A stretch of DNA of 64,000 nt, from NCBI GenBank assembly GCA_043826565.1, contig JBDRPX010000023.1, positions 5,758-69,757 of the forward strand, written 5' to 3'. Positions 19,408 to 27,104 of the stretch are shown piece after piece (position 1 is the stretch's first letter; each line of letters begins with the position of its first letter). Source of the stretch: Candidatus Omnitrophota bacterium (lineage in GTDB: Bacteria > Omnitrophota > Gorgyraeia > B26-G9). A model generated the notes under the pieces. That model searched no databases. It was not told the origin of the DNA and saw nothing but the letters and a program-made list of their open reading frames with translations. A program made the translations under genes and the position numbers.

Positions 19408-19466
19408 GTTTAAGCTCCTTTTGCACGAACCTTATGGCTACAAGCTTCATGCTACAGGCTACAAGA
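19408..19466. repeat. Repeat flanking four-helix-bundle gene 2 (GCTACAAG/GCTACAGG units)
   Basis: ggctacaagcttcatgctacaggctacaagatc. Its reverse complement (cctgtagc) recurs in the right arm at 19855-19925. Confidence 0.55.
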
Positions 19467-19877
19467 TCATTTTAGATCCTTAGCTACTGTTTTGCGAAAA
19501 TTATATAGTTTTTTGCCTAGTTTCTCTAACTCTTGAATCCAATTTTTATATTTGATCTCATTACTAAAAGACTTTGTATCAAATAATAATTCTAAATGTT
19601 CCTTTGTTTCGTCACAAGAAGCTATTGCATAAGTCAAATAGCGTATAAACTCTTGTTGATACGATTTTCTCCCAAACCCCTCAACTATAGTAGCAACTAT
19701 TGATTTGGATGATCTTCTAATTTGACTACCTTGCTCATACATCTCAAATTTAGGTAAATCCTGCAGCGTCATCTCATGCATCTTTACCGCTAAATCATGA
19801 GCCAATCTATAAATTTCTAAGTCTTTATAACTTTGCATTTTTCCTGCGTCCTGAGTCCTGTAGCCTGAGGCTTTCAT
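19467..19877 (-). CDS. Four helix bundle protein (TIGR02436 family), copy 2
   Basis: 136 aa. YKDLEIYRLAHDLAVKMH...VATIVEGFGRKSYQQEFIRYLTYAIASCDE is the second common sequence type of this family. Confidence 0.8.
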   Translation of the reverse strand: MKASGYRTQDAGKMQSYKDLEIYRLAHDLAVKMHEMTLQDLPKFEMYEQGSQIRRSSKSIVATIVEGFGRKSYQQEFIRYLTYAIASCDETKEHLELLFDTKSFSNEIKYKNWIQELEKLGKKLYNFRKTVAKDLK

Positions 19878-19925
19878 ACCTTTCAGCTTGCATCCTGCGG
19901 CTTGCGGCCTGCAGCCAGGAGAGCT
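19855..19925. repeat. GC-rich repeat flanking four-helix-bundle gene 2 (right arm; overlaps the 3' end of the ligase gene)
   Basis: cctgagtcctgtagcctgagg...cagcttgcatcctgcggcttgcggcctgcagcc. Repeated cctg/gcctg units encode the last ~10 codons (AAGRKPQDAS) of the AMP-ligase. Confidence 0.55.
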
Positions 19926-21454
19926 TTCAACTGCTCTCGCTTTATTTTTCCACTCGCCGTTTTTGGCAGAGATTGCACCATCGCAACTTTTTTCGGCATT
20001 TTAAAAGCGGCTAGGTTCTTTTTACAAAAAATAAGAATATCTTTTTCCGTAACATTCACATCGTCAAGCACAACAAAAAGCTTTATCGCTTCGCCAAGTA
20101 TTTCATCAGGGATACCGACTACCGCACACTCAGCAATTCCTGGCAATTGAGAAACAACTTCTTCTAATTCTAATGGACTGATCCTGTTGGCACCGCTTTT
20201 AATCATATCCTTTTTACGGCTAATCAGATAAATAAACCCATCCGCGTCAATACGCGCAAGATCTCCGGTAAACAAATCCCCCTCACGTAAAACCCCCTTG
20301 GTTTGTTCCGGATCATCCCAATATCCCTGCATAATATTTTTTCCGCGAGCAACAATTTCGCCGATTTCTCCGACTTCCACCGGTTCTCCCGTTTCTCTAA
20401 GCACATCAAGCTGTACTCCGGGAATAGCTTTGCCGATAGAACCAGCTTTTTCCGGAAAATCATCAGGAGAAAGAAAACTCAAACGAGCAGAAGCTTCTGT
20501 CTGCCCATACATCACATAAAACTTTATCTCCGGGATTATTTGCCGGAACTCTTTTATCAAGCCCGCAGACATCGCTCCTCCGGCCTGGGTAACATAACGC
20601 AATTTAGGAAATTGATATTTTCGTATTGCTGATTTCTTTAAAAATATATTAAAATGAGTCGGGACTCCGGCAAAACCGGTAACTTCTTCCGTAGCCATCG
20701 TATCTAAAATCACATTAGGAAATACAAAACGGTTGTCGATAATAAGAGTTCCCCCGGCTCTTATATGCGTAGTTAATAAAGAATTGCCATAGGAATAGTA
20801 AAACGGCAATACGACCATAATTTTGTCTTCTGCTGTAAGCCTCAGATAGCTGATAATAGACTCTGCATTTTCCGCTAAATTTTCATGCGAAAGCATTACT
20901 CCCTTAGGTTTGCCTGTAGTCCCGGAGGTATATATAATCATCGCCAGATCGCTGGCGCTTAGCTGAGGGCTGATGGCTAATGGCTCATAGTTTTCACTAT
21001 AATTAATATCATCTATTTGTAATGCAATAATATCCTGATTGATTAAAACTAAAGCTTCTTCTACAACTTTTTTGTGTTTATTGTCAGTAACTAGTACCCT
21101 AGGGGTGCAATCAGTCAAAAGCAATGCTAACTCTCGGGAAACAAGCTGACTATTTAAAGCTACAACACCCCCCCCGATTTTTAAAATCCCAAAGTAGGCC
21201 ACCAGATAATCAATACTATTATCCAAAAACAAAACTACCCGGTCTCCTTTAGATACCCCCTGGTCTCTTAAATACATAGCCAAGACATCAGACCATGCGC
21301 TAAGCTGCGCATAAGTACAGCTTGATTTCTGATGAACTGCCGCGATTTTATCCGGATATCGCTGAGTACTTTCTCGTAAAAATCCATGAATCATCATATT
21401 AACACCAGACTCCGAGTTATGAATTATTGATTTTAGATTGTATAAAAACCTCAA
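19883..21454 (-). CDS. AMP-dependent synthetase/ligase (acyl- or aminoacyl-AMP forming; adenylation enzyme)
   Basis: 523 aa. The AMP-binding signature IIYTSGTTGKPKGV is present. The C-terminal PKTASGKIKR is the conserved A10 lysine motif. Confidence 0.85.
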   Translation of the reverse strand: MRFLYNLKSIIHNSESGVNMMIHGFLRESTQRYPDKIAAVHQKSSCTYAQLSAWSDVLAMYLRDQGVSKGDRVVLFLDNSIDYLVAYFGILKIGGGVVALNSQLVSRELALLLTDCTPRVLVTDNKHKKVVEEALVLINQDIIALQIDDINYSENYEPLAISPQLSASDLAMIIYTSGTTGKPKGVMLSHENLAENAESIISYLRLTAEDKIMVVLPFYYSYGNSLLTTHIRAGGTLIIDNRFVFPNVILDTMATEEVTGFAGVPTHFNIFLKKSAIRKYQFPKLRYVTQAGGAMSAGLIKEFRQIIPEIKFYVMYGQTEASARLSFLSPDDFPEKAGSIGKAIPGVQLDVLRETGEPVEVGEIGEIVARGKNIMQGYWDDPEQTKGVLREGDLFTGDLARIDADGFIYLISRKKDMIKSGANRISPLELEEVVSQLPGIAECAVVGIPDEILGEAIKLFVVLDDVNVTEKDILIFCKKNLAAFKMPKKVAMVQSLPKTASGKIKREQLKALLAAGRKPQDAS

Positions 21455-21671
21455 TATTCTTCAGCGAATCAAGATTATCCGGTGTCAATTCTTCATCCTC
21501 AACTTTGATTGTGAAGGTTTCCTGTATAAAATCAACGAGTTCCATAATCCCCGTAGAATCAATAATCCCCTGTTCTAAGAAAGAATCCTCATCGTTTATA
21601 CTTCTATCCTCCGCGCCCATTAAAAAACTACTCTTTATAAATTGCCTAACTTTGTCTTTAACATCCATCAC
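21417..21671 (-). CDS. Acyl/aminoacyl carrier protein (DltC/ACP-like)
   Basis: 84 aa. GIIDSTGIMELVDFIQETF has a Ser in a helix-II-like context (phosphopantetheine site). It overlaps the ligase start by 38 nt, which indicates translational coupling. Confidence 0.6.
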   Translation of the reverse strand: MMDVKDKVRQFIKSSFLMGAEDRSINDEDSFLEQGIIDSTGIMELVDFIQETFTIKVEDEELTPDNLDSLKNIEVFIQSKINNS

Positions 21672-21695
21672 GAATAACTCCTATTATATTGAAGT

Positions 21696-22166
21696 CTAGT
21701 CATCAATCACAAATCTTTCATCCGCATTCTCTTCATGTCTAATCTCATCAATCTGATGCTTTTTCCCCGGCCCGGCAAAAAGCTGGTTAGGATAGTTCAG
21801 AACCAGTCCGGGAGCCTTGCCGATATTTTTGTAAGCATGGACAACACCCGGAGGAACCAGGGCGATTACAGGCTCATCTTCGGCAAACACAATTGTTGTT
21901 TTCAACCTAAATGTTTTGCTGTCCTTTCTATTATCCCAAAGAAATAACTTAAACGAAGAAGTGCCTAAAAAACAAAAATAATCAGTTTGATATGTATGTT
22001 CATGCGGCCCCCGCACAACATTCTGATGAGTCATAGACAGATACGACATAACCGGATATATATCCTTAGCCATCTCATCATGACGAAAAATCTCAAAAAG
22101 CCATCCTCGTTCATCGGTAAATTTCTTTACCTTTTTTATCACTACCCCATCAATTCCAACTTCCAT
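21696..22166 (-). CDS. RmlC-like cupin (dTDP-4-dehydrorhamnose 3,5-epimerase family / WxcM-like sugar epimerase)
   Basis: 156 aa. VIKKVKKFTDERGWLFEIFRHDE resembles the RmlC N-terminal substrate-binding motif (F.DERGFF.E.F). The size fits the short cupin epimerases/isomerases. Confidence 0.6.
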   Translation of the reverse strand: MEVGIDGVVIKKVKKFTDERGWLFEIFRHDEMAKDIYPVMSYLSMTHQNVVRGPHEHTYQTDYFCFLGTSSFKLFLWDNRKDSKTFRLKTTIVFAEDEPVIALVPPGVVHAYKNIGKAPGLVLNYPNQLFAGPGKKHQIDEIRHEENADERFVIDD

Positions 22167-22210
22167 ATTTTCTCTAACCTTTTTTATCTTTTAATTTTTT
22201 TATTTTTCTA

Positions 22211-22238
22211 TACGCTAAACGCTATCCGCTCTACGCTA
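22211..22238. repeat. Short intergenic CGCTA-unit repeat (tacgctaaacgctatccgctctacgctat)
   Basis: Three ACGCTA-type units form a GC-rich island between the RmlC-like and GT2-like genes. Its style matches the arms that flank the four-helix-bundle genes. Confidence 0.4.
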
Positions 22239-22253
22239 TTACTTTTATACTCC

Positions 22254-23255
22254 TTAATAATAAAGCTTAAGCAGATCTTTTTTTACCTTTTCCATCTGGA
22301 AAAAATCATATTTATCATCCTGGTTACCGATAACCGGAACCCACGACATCAAGGCGATCATTAACAACTGCGGCACTACTCTATATTTATTTAAATAGTC
22401 CAGCGCCACTTTACGCGCTTTATATTTCTCTTTGTTTTTAATTAAATATTTTGCCCAAAAAAGATAACTGTTTTCTATTTGCCCTTTAAGACAGTCCTCA
22501 TTTTTTTTCTCATTATCCTCCAGAGAATTCAATAAGTGCTCAAAAGAAGCGATTCTATTCTCAACACTACGGCTTATATAGTAAGAGACTTTATACGCGT
22601 CAAAAAACCGGCTAACCAAAACCCTGTTGATACAGCCTACTTGCGCGTGTTTAGCCATATTAAAAAGTAATTCTATATCCTCATAACCATGTGCTTGTTC
22701 TGGAAAGGGCCCGTAGAAAGAATACGATTGATTTCTAATAAGCATTGTTGAAAACAGTTTAAACCTGCTCATGATCAGGTATCTCTGCCCTTGCTCAATC
22801 ACAAAAGCCTCTTGATTTTTCCCTCCCCGAAAAAAATCATTCATCTGGAAAAATGACGAATTTACCAAGCCGTTCTTATCAACAATATCAAAATCACAGC
22901 AAACACCGAAAGCGGTCATATTTCTTTCTAAAAACTTAACTTTTTCTTCTAACACCCCCGGATGCCAGATATCACCGGCCGCGAGGATGGAAAAATATTT
23001 CCCTTCAGTAAGTTTCAAGGTATTGTTCAATATTTTTCCTTTAGAAACCCCTTTTTGCTGGATAACAAGTTTAATCCTGTCACGGTATGCTTCAATAAAT
23101 TGGCTTAACTCTTCGGTAATAGTGTTGACAATCAAAAAAATCTCAACGTTTTTGTATGTCTGATGTAAAACACTATTAAAAGTTTGCGCAAGATTAAGGA
23201 CATCTTCCCGAGATACAATAAGAATACTGACTTTTTCTACCTGATAAAAACTCAT
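22254..23255 (-). CDS. GT2-like (GT-A fold) protein with degenerate catalytic motifs
   Basis: 333 aa. The N-terminal VSILIVSRED...SVLHQTYKNVEIFLIVN is GT2-like. The usual DDGS is missing. The canonical DSDDIWHP 'DXD' segment reads AAGDIWHPGVLEEKV. Confidence 0.45.
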   Translation of the reverse strand: MSFYQVEKVSILIVSREDVLNLAQTFNSVLHQTYKNVEIFLIVNTITEELSQFIEAYRDRIKLVIQQKGVSKGKILNNTLKLTEGKYFSILAAGDIWHPGVLEEKVKFLERNMTAFGVCCDFDIVDKNGLVNSSFFQMNDFFRGGKNQEAFVIEQGQRYLIMSRFKLFSTMLIRNQSYSFYGPFPEQAHGYEDIELLFNMAKHAQVGCINRVLVSRFFDAYKVSYYISRSVENRIASFEHLLNSLEDNEKKNEDCLKGQIENSYLFWAKYLIKNKEKYKARKVALDYLNKYRVVPQLLMIALMSWVPVIGNQDDKYDFFQMEKVKKDLLKLYY

Positions 23256-24205
23256 AAAATTTCCTTAAACCAATCATAAGTAACCTCCAAACCCTTATCA
23301 AAATTTATATCAGGTGTATAATTCATCAGCTGTTTAGCTTTATCAATATTGGCATGGCTTTTAAAAACATCTCCCATGCGGATCGGCAGAAAAGCCGGTT
23401 CAATTGCTTTGCCGGCAAGAGCATTCACAACTTCAACTATCCTTAAAACCGTAACACTATCACCACAGGCCACATTAAATACTTCCTTAGAAATTCCGGG
23501 AACCGTCGCGGCCAAAATATTTGCTTTAACTACGTTCTTTACAAAAGTGAAATCGCGTGACTGCTTGCCGTTTCCAAATATTGGAGGCTGTTTATCTTTT
23601 AAAATACACGCGATAAACTTTGGAATAACTACTGCGTATTCATCATCTAAAGCTTGCCGGGGACCAAAAACATTAAAATAACGCAAGGCTACTGTTTCCA
23701 CTCCGAAATTTTCACTAAAAATACGGCAATAATATTCTCCGGCCAGCTTAGACAATGCATAGGGAGAAATCAGCAATGGGTAATGCGTTTCCGTCTGCGG
23801 AAACTTATCCGTGTCCCCATACACTGAACTTGAGGATGCCAGCACTAGTCTTTTTACGCCGCATTGCTTAGCTGCCCTTAACAAATTAACCGTACCATCA
23901 ATGTTAACTCTATTATACTCATAAGGATTTTTCATCGATTTAGGAACACTTCTTAATGCCGCCTGATGCAAAACATAATCAACCCCCTCACAAGCTTTAA
24001 CACAAGCCTCATAATCGCAAATATCACCTCTAATCAGCGAATAGCGATTAGCGTCTAGCGAATAGTCCGCTACAAACGCGAGATTTTCCTCTTTACCGCT
24101 AAAGAAATTATCCAAAACAACAACAGACTCTCCCTTTTTTAATAATTCTTCCACAATATGGGAACCGATAAATCCCGCCCCGCCGGTAACTAAATATTTG
24201 GACAT
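23252..24205 (-). CDS. NAD-dependent epimerase/dehydratase (UDP-sugar 4-epimerase, WbpP/Cap1J-like extended SDR)
   Basis: 317 aa. The Rossmann motif VTGGAGFIGSH is present. The catalytic YALSKLAGE (YxxxK) also matches. Confidence 0.85.
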   Translation of the reverse strand: MSKYLVTGGAGFIGSHIVEELLKKGESVVVLDNFFSGKEENLAFVADYSLDANRYSLIRGDICDYEACVKACEGVDYVLHQAALRSVPKSMKNPYEYNRVNIDGTVNLLRAAKQCGVKRLVLASSSSVYGDTDKFPQTETHYPLLISPYALSKLAGEYYCRIFSENFGVETVALRYFNVFGPRQALDDEYAVVIPKFIACILKDKQPPIFGNGKQSRDFTFVKNVVKANILAATVPGISKEVFNVACGDSVTVLRIVEVVNALAGKAIEPAFLPIRMGDVFKSHANIDKAKQLMNYTPDINFDKGLEVTYDWFKEIL

Positions 24206-24303
24206 TTTCGTACTCCTTTGTTAGATTGTTAGCCAGTTAGCCAGTTGGCCAGTTGCCAGTCAAGCCGGTTGGCCCGTAAGCTAGTCAAGCCGGTTAAAAA
24301 AAT
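24206..24303. repeat. GC-rich repeat flanking four-helix-bundle gene 3 (AGCCAGT heptamer units; CAAGCCGGTT x2)
   Basis: gttagccagttagccagttggccagttgccagtcaagccggttggcccgtaagctagtcaagccggtt. The segment agttggccagt is the exact reverse complement of actggccaact in the right arm. Confidence 0.6.
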
Positions 24304-24666
24304 TTAATTTGCTTTTAAATATCTAATAAAACCACTTATTAATTTTCTAGTCTCTTCTGTTTGCAAATAAATCTCTTGAAACAATTCTTTATCTACATAA
24401 TTAAGATCTAAAGCTATATACATAATGCATTGCACTTCTGAACATGACCTTTTGGAGTATGAAAGAAATCTACAAAACTCTGTTTTGCTTGAACTATCAA
24501 ACCCCTCTGCTATATTATTCATTATTGACACAGAAGCCCTTTGAATCTGATCTCTTAATCCCCAATCCCTTGCAAATTCTTTTTGAGAAGTTATGTTGTA
24601 TATCTTTTTGTTCAGTTGCCTAGCCATTTTCCAGGATTCAATGTCTTCAAATCTATTTATTTTCAT
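24304..24666 (-). CDS. Four helix bundle protein (TIGR02436 family), copy 3
   Basis: 120 aa. FEDIESWKMARQL, SIMNNIAEGF and FLSYSKRSCSEVQCIMYIA match the family. Confidence 0.8.
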   Translation of the reverse strand: MKINRFEDIESWKMARQLNKKIYNITSQKEFARDWGLRDQIQRASVSIMNNIAEGFDSSSKTEFCRFLSYSKRSCSEVQCIMYIALDLNYVDKELFQEIYLQTEETRKLISGFIRYLKAN

Positions 24667-24720
24667 CTCAAACCCAACTAGTCAACCGGTCAACCGGCTT
24701 ACTGGCCAACTCGATAACTT
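24667..24720. repeat. Repeat flanking four-helix-bundle gene 3 (right arm)
   Basis: caactagtcaaccggtcaaccggcttactggccaactcgataac carries the palindrome aaccggtt-like units. It is complementary to parts of 24206-24303. Confidence 0.55.
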
Positions 24721-26046
24721 TTATAAGCGCCAGTACAAAATTTCAGAATTATTAAAAGTTTTGGAATCAAACATCCCTTTGACATCAACTAATACCCCAG
24801 TAGTATTCTTCCCGCTAATCATATGTTTTTTTAATGCTGAAAGCGTAAAATCTTTCTTAAAAATATCGTGGTTAACCGCGGCGACAATCGCGTCAACTTT
24901 CAGATTCTTGTTATACTTCTTCATCTCTATGCCGTATTCATGTTTTACAGCCTGCGGATCCGCAAGAGGATCAGACACGACAACATCAATCGAATATTCT
25001 TTCAATTCGTTTATAATATCAATAACCCGCGAATTGCGAATGTCTGATATGTTTTCTTTGAAGGTTATCCCGAGAATAAGGACCTTGGCTTTTTTTACCG
25101 TCTTATTCGCCTCGATCAGCAGTTTAACTGTCTGCTCGGCAATATACTTACCCATCCCGTCGTTTATCCTTCTCCCGGCAAGTATTACCTGCGGATGATA
25201 TCCTAAAACTTCGGCCTTAAAAGTAAGATAATACGGATCTACTCCGATGCAATGCCCGCCCACAAGTCCGGGGAACATCTTAATAAAGTTCCATTTAGTT
25301 GCCGCGGCTTTAAGAACCGACAGGGTATCAATACCCATCTCATGGAAAATAATAGCTAATTCATTCATCAAAGCTATATTCAGATCTCTTTGCGTATTTT
25401 CTATAACTTTCGCCGCCTCAGCAACCTTAATCGATTTTGCTTTAAAAACACCCGCCTTAACGATTAACGCATAGGTCTGCGCCACTTCATTCAAAGTTTG
25501 CTGATCACAACCTGAGACTACTTTTATTATGCTCGTAACATCATGTTCTTTATCCCCGGGATTGATCCGTTCCGGAGAATACCCGGCCTTAAAATCCTTT
25601 TTATATTTAAGCCCGGAATATTTTTCCAGGATCGGAACACAAACATCTTCAGTAACTCCCGGATAAACAGTAGATTCATAAACAATGATACTGCCTTTTG
25701 CAAGATTCTTCCCGACTATCTCAGAAGCACTTTCCAAACAGGAAAGATCCGGCTGTTTGTTTTTTGTTATGGGCGTAGGAACAGTAATAATTATAAAATT
25801 AGCTTCTTTTATCTTTTTAGGATCACTTGTAATTTTAAGCAATTTAGCCGCTTTAAGTTCACCCGTAGCTGTTTCATTATTAGTATCCTCAAATCTTTTC
25901 AGATCTTTTACCCGTTTTAAGTTCAGATCAAATCCGATCGTCTTGACAATCTTACCAAATGCCACCGCCAGCGGCAATCCCACATACCCCAGGCCGATTA
26001 CCGCACATTTGACCTTTTTCTTTTTAATCTTATCAACCAATCTCAT
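24721..26046 (-). CDS. Nucleotide-sugar dehydrogenase (UDP-glucose/GDP-mannose dehydrogenase family; UDP-GlcNAc/ManNAc dehydrogenase-like)
   Basis: 441 aa. The N-terminal Rossmann motif is VKCAVIGLGYVGLPLAVAF. The central GGHCIGVDPYY carries the catalytic Cys. Confidence 0.85.
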   Translation of the reverse strand: MRLVDKIKKKKVKCAVIGLGYVGLPLAVAFGKIVKTIGFDLNLKRVKDLKRFEDTNNETATGELKAAKLLKITSDPKKIKEANFIIITVPTPITKNKQPDLSCLESASEIVGKNLAKGSIIVYESTVYPGVTEDVCVPILEKYSGLKYKKDFKAGYSPERINPGDKEHDVTSIIKVVSGCDQQTLNEVAQTYALIVKAGVFKAKSIKVAEAAKVIENTQRDLNIALMNELAIIFHEMGIDTLSVLKAAATKWNFIKMFPGLVGGHCIGVDPYYLTFKAEVLGYHPQVILAGRRINDGMGKYIAEQTVKLLIEANKTVKKAKVLILGITFKENISDIRNSRVIDIINELKEYSIDVVVSDPLADPQAVKHEYGIEMKKYNKNLKVDAIVAAVNHDIFKKDFTLSALKKHMISGKNTTGVLVDVKGMFDSKTFNNSEILYWRL

Positions 26047-26115
26047 ATAATTCCCCTTATTTTAAACTTCTGCCTGTTGATACGTTGCTCCGTTGAATTT
26101 TAGATAGATATACTA

Positions 26116-26901
26116 TTAATACACACTTACGTATTTATAATAGTATTCCGGCATATGATATTCTACATGCGTAAGAATATACCCCAGCATATTGGCATGA
26201 GCTTGCGCTAATAATTCAGTCGCGTGTTTAACCAGATTACGCTGCGTTCTACCCGCGCGCACAACCATAACCACTCCGTCGGCAAGAGAACACACAATTC
26301 CCGCATCAGCAATCGGAACTACCGGAGGTGTATCCAAAATCACATAATCAAATTTTTCCTTTAGACTAGCTAAAAGAATCCCCATTTTTCCCGAAGCTAA
26401 CAATTCTACCGGATTATCCACAATTTTACCCCGGGGGATAATACTTAATTTGTCGATTTTTGTCCGGTAAATAATATTATCAACATCCGCACCAATCAAA
26501 AGATACTCCGACAAACCGACTTTTGAACGTAAATCCAAAGACGCATCAATACTTCCACGCCTTAAATCACAATCAACCAGCAATATTTTTTTACAATCTA
26601 CATCCTTAGCCATCGCAATCGCCAGATTCAAGGAAGTTATTGTTTTTCCCTCGCCCATGATCGAACTTGTTATGGCTACAACTTTAAGTTGATTACGTTT
26701 ACTAAGCTTTTTAATGTTTTCTCTCAATCTTAAATATTGCTCGGAAATCGGTGATTTCGGGTGAAAATGTGTCACAATGTGCGGATTTATATTGGAATCA
26801 CTCACACTTTTTAAGATAAATTCTTTCGGCAAAGACGGTATATTAAAACCACCAATTTTTGATCCCTGTACACCTTTTAATAAATCAAAAAAGTCTCCCA
26901 T
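26116..26901 (-). CDS. BY-kinase cytoplasmic ATPase domain (CpsD/CapB/Wzc C-terminal tyrosine kinase)
   Basis: 261 aa. Walker A is SSIMGEGKTITSLNLA and Walker A' is LLVDCDLRRGS. The C-terminal tyrosine cluster is PEYYYKYVSVY. Confidence 0.8.
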   Translation of the reverse strand: MGDFFDLLKGVQGSKIGGFNIPSLPKEFILKSVSDSNINPHIVTHFHPKSPISEQYLRLRENIKKLSKRNQLKVVAITSSIMGEGKTITSLNLAIAMAKDVDCKKILLVDCDLRRGSIDASLDLRSKVGLSEYLLIGADVDNIIYRTKIDKLSIIPRGKIVDNPVELLASGKMGILLASLKEKFDYVILDTPPVVPIADAGIVCSLADGVVMVVRAGRTQRNLVKHATELLAQAHANMLGYILTHVEYHMPEYYYKYVSVY

Positions 26902-26935
26902 GACACTCTCCTGGTATAATTTAATTAAAATTATA

Positions 26936-26975
26936 CCTGATTACACAGATTATAGTTCCGATTACATAGATTACC
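26936..26975. repeat. Intergenic GATTACA-type direct repeats (cctGATTACAcaGATTATagttccGATTACAtaGATTACc)
   Basis: Four GATTA(C/T)(A/-) units are spaced 9-11 bp apart in the 203-bp gap between the chain-length-determinant and BY-kinase genes. Confidence 0.5.
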
Positions 26976-27062
26976 TAATTAATTAGTAATTGGTTCCTCT
27001 ATGAATCTGTGCCTGGTTAATATTATTTAAAATCACTGTAATCTTTCTTAATCGGCACAATC

Positions 27063-27091
27063 AAGACATCCTGATCTTTATAGGATGTCTT
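27063..27091. other. Perfect 10-bp-stem hairpin (aagacatcct-N9-aggatgtctt) 14 nt after the stop codon of the chain-length-determinant gene
   Basis: Seen directly in the sequence. On the plus strand it is followed by TTATTTACT. On the minus strand it is not followed by a U-tract. Confidence 0.5.
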
Positions 27092-27104
27092 TTATTTACT
27101 GATG

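Noticed and set aside
20224-20632. Small ORFs on both strands inside the AMP-ligase gene
   Set aside because: They overlap the conserved AMP-binding core frame and give no independent support.
24040-24075. Tandem agcgaatag/agcgattag repeat that looked like another intergenic repeat element
   Set aside because: It lies inside the NAD-epimerase coding frame. It simply encodes a short repetitive peptide (DYSLDANRYSL) in a loop region and is not an inserted element.
17949-24720. Considered whether the GC-rich tandem repeats were a CRISPR array or an integron attC series
   Set aside because: Repeat units are short (7-14 bp) and irregular with no uniform spacers. No cas genes and no integrase are in the window. 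The arms are organised as inverted pairs around a conserved protein gene rather than as repeat-spacer arrays.
27063-27100. Calling the 10-bp-stem hairpin a rho-independent terminator of the chain-length-determinant gene
   Set aside because: The U/T-tract follows the hairpin only on the plus strand, where no gene is encoded. On the coding (minus) strand the hairpin is not followed by a U-run. It is therefore reported only as a structural element of uncertain function.
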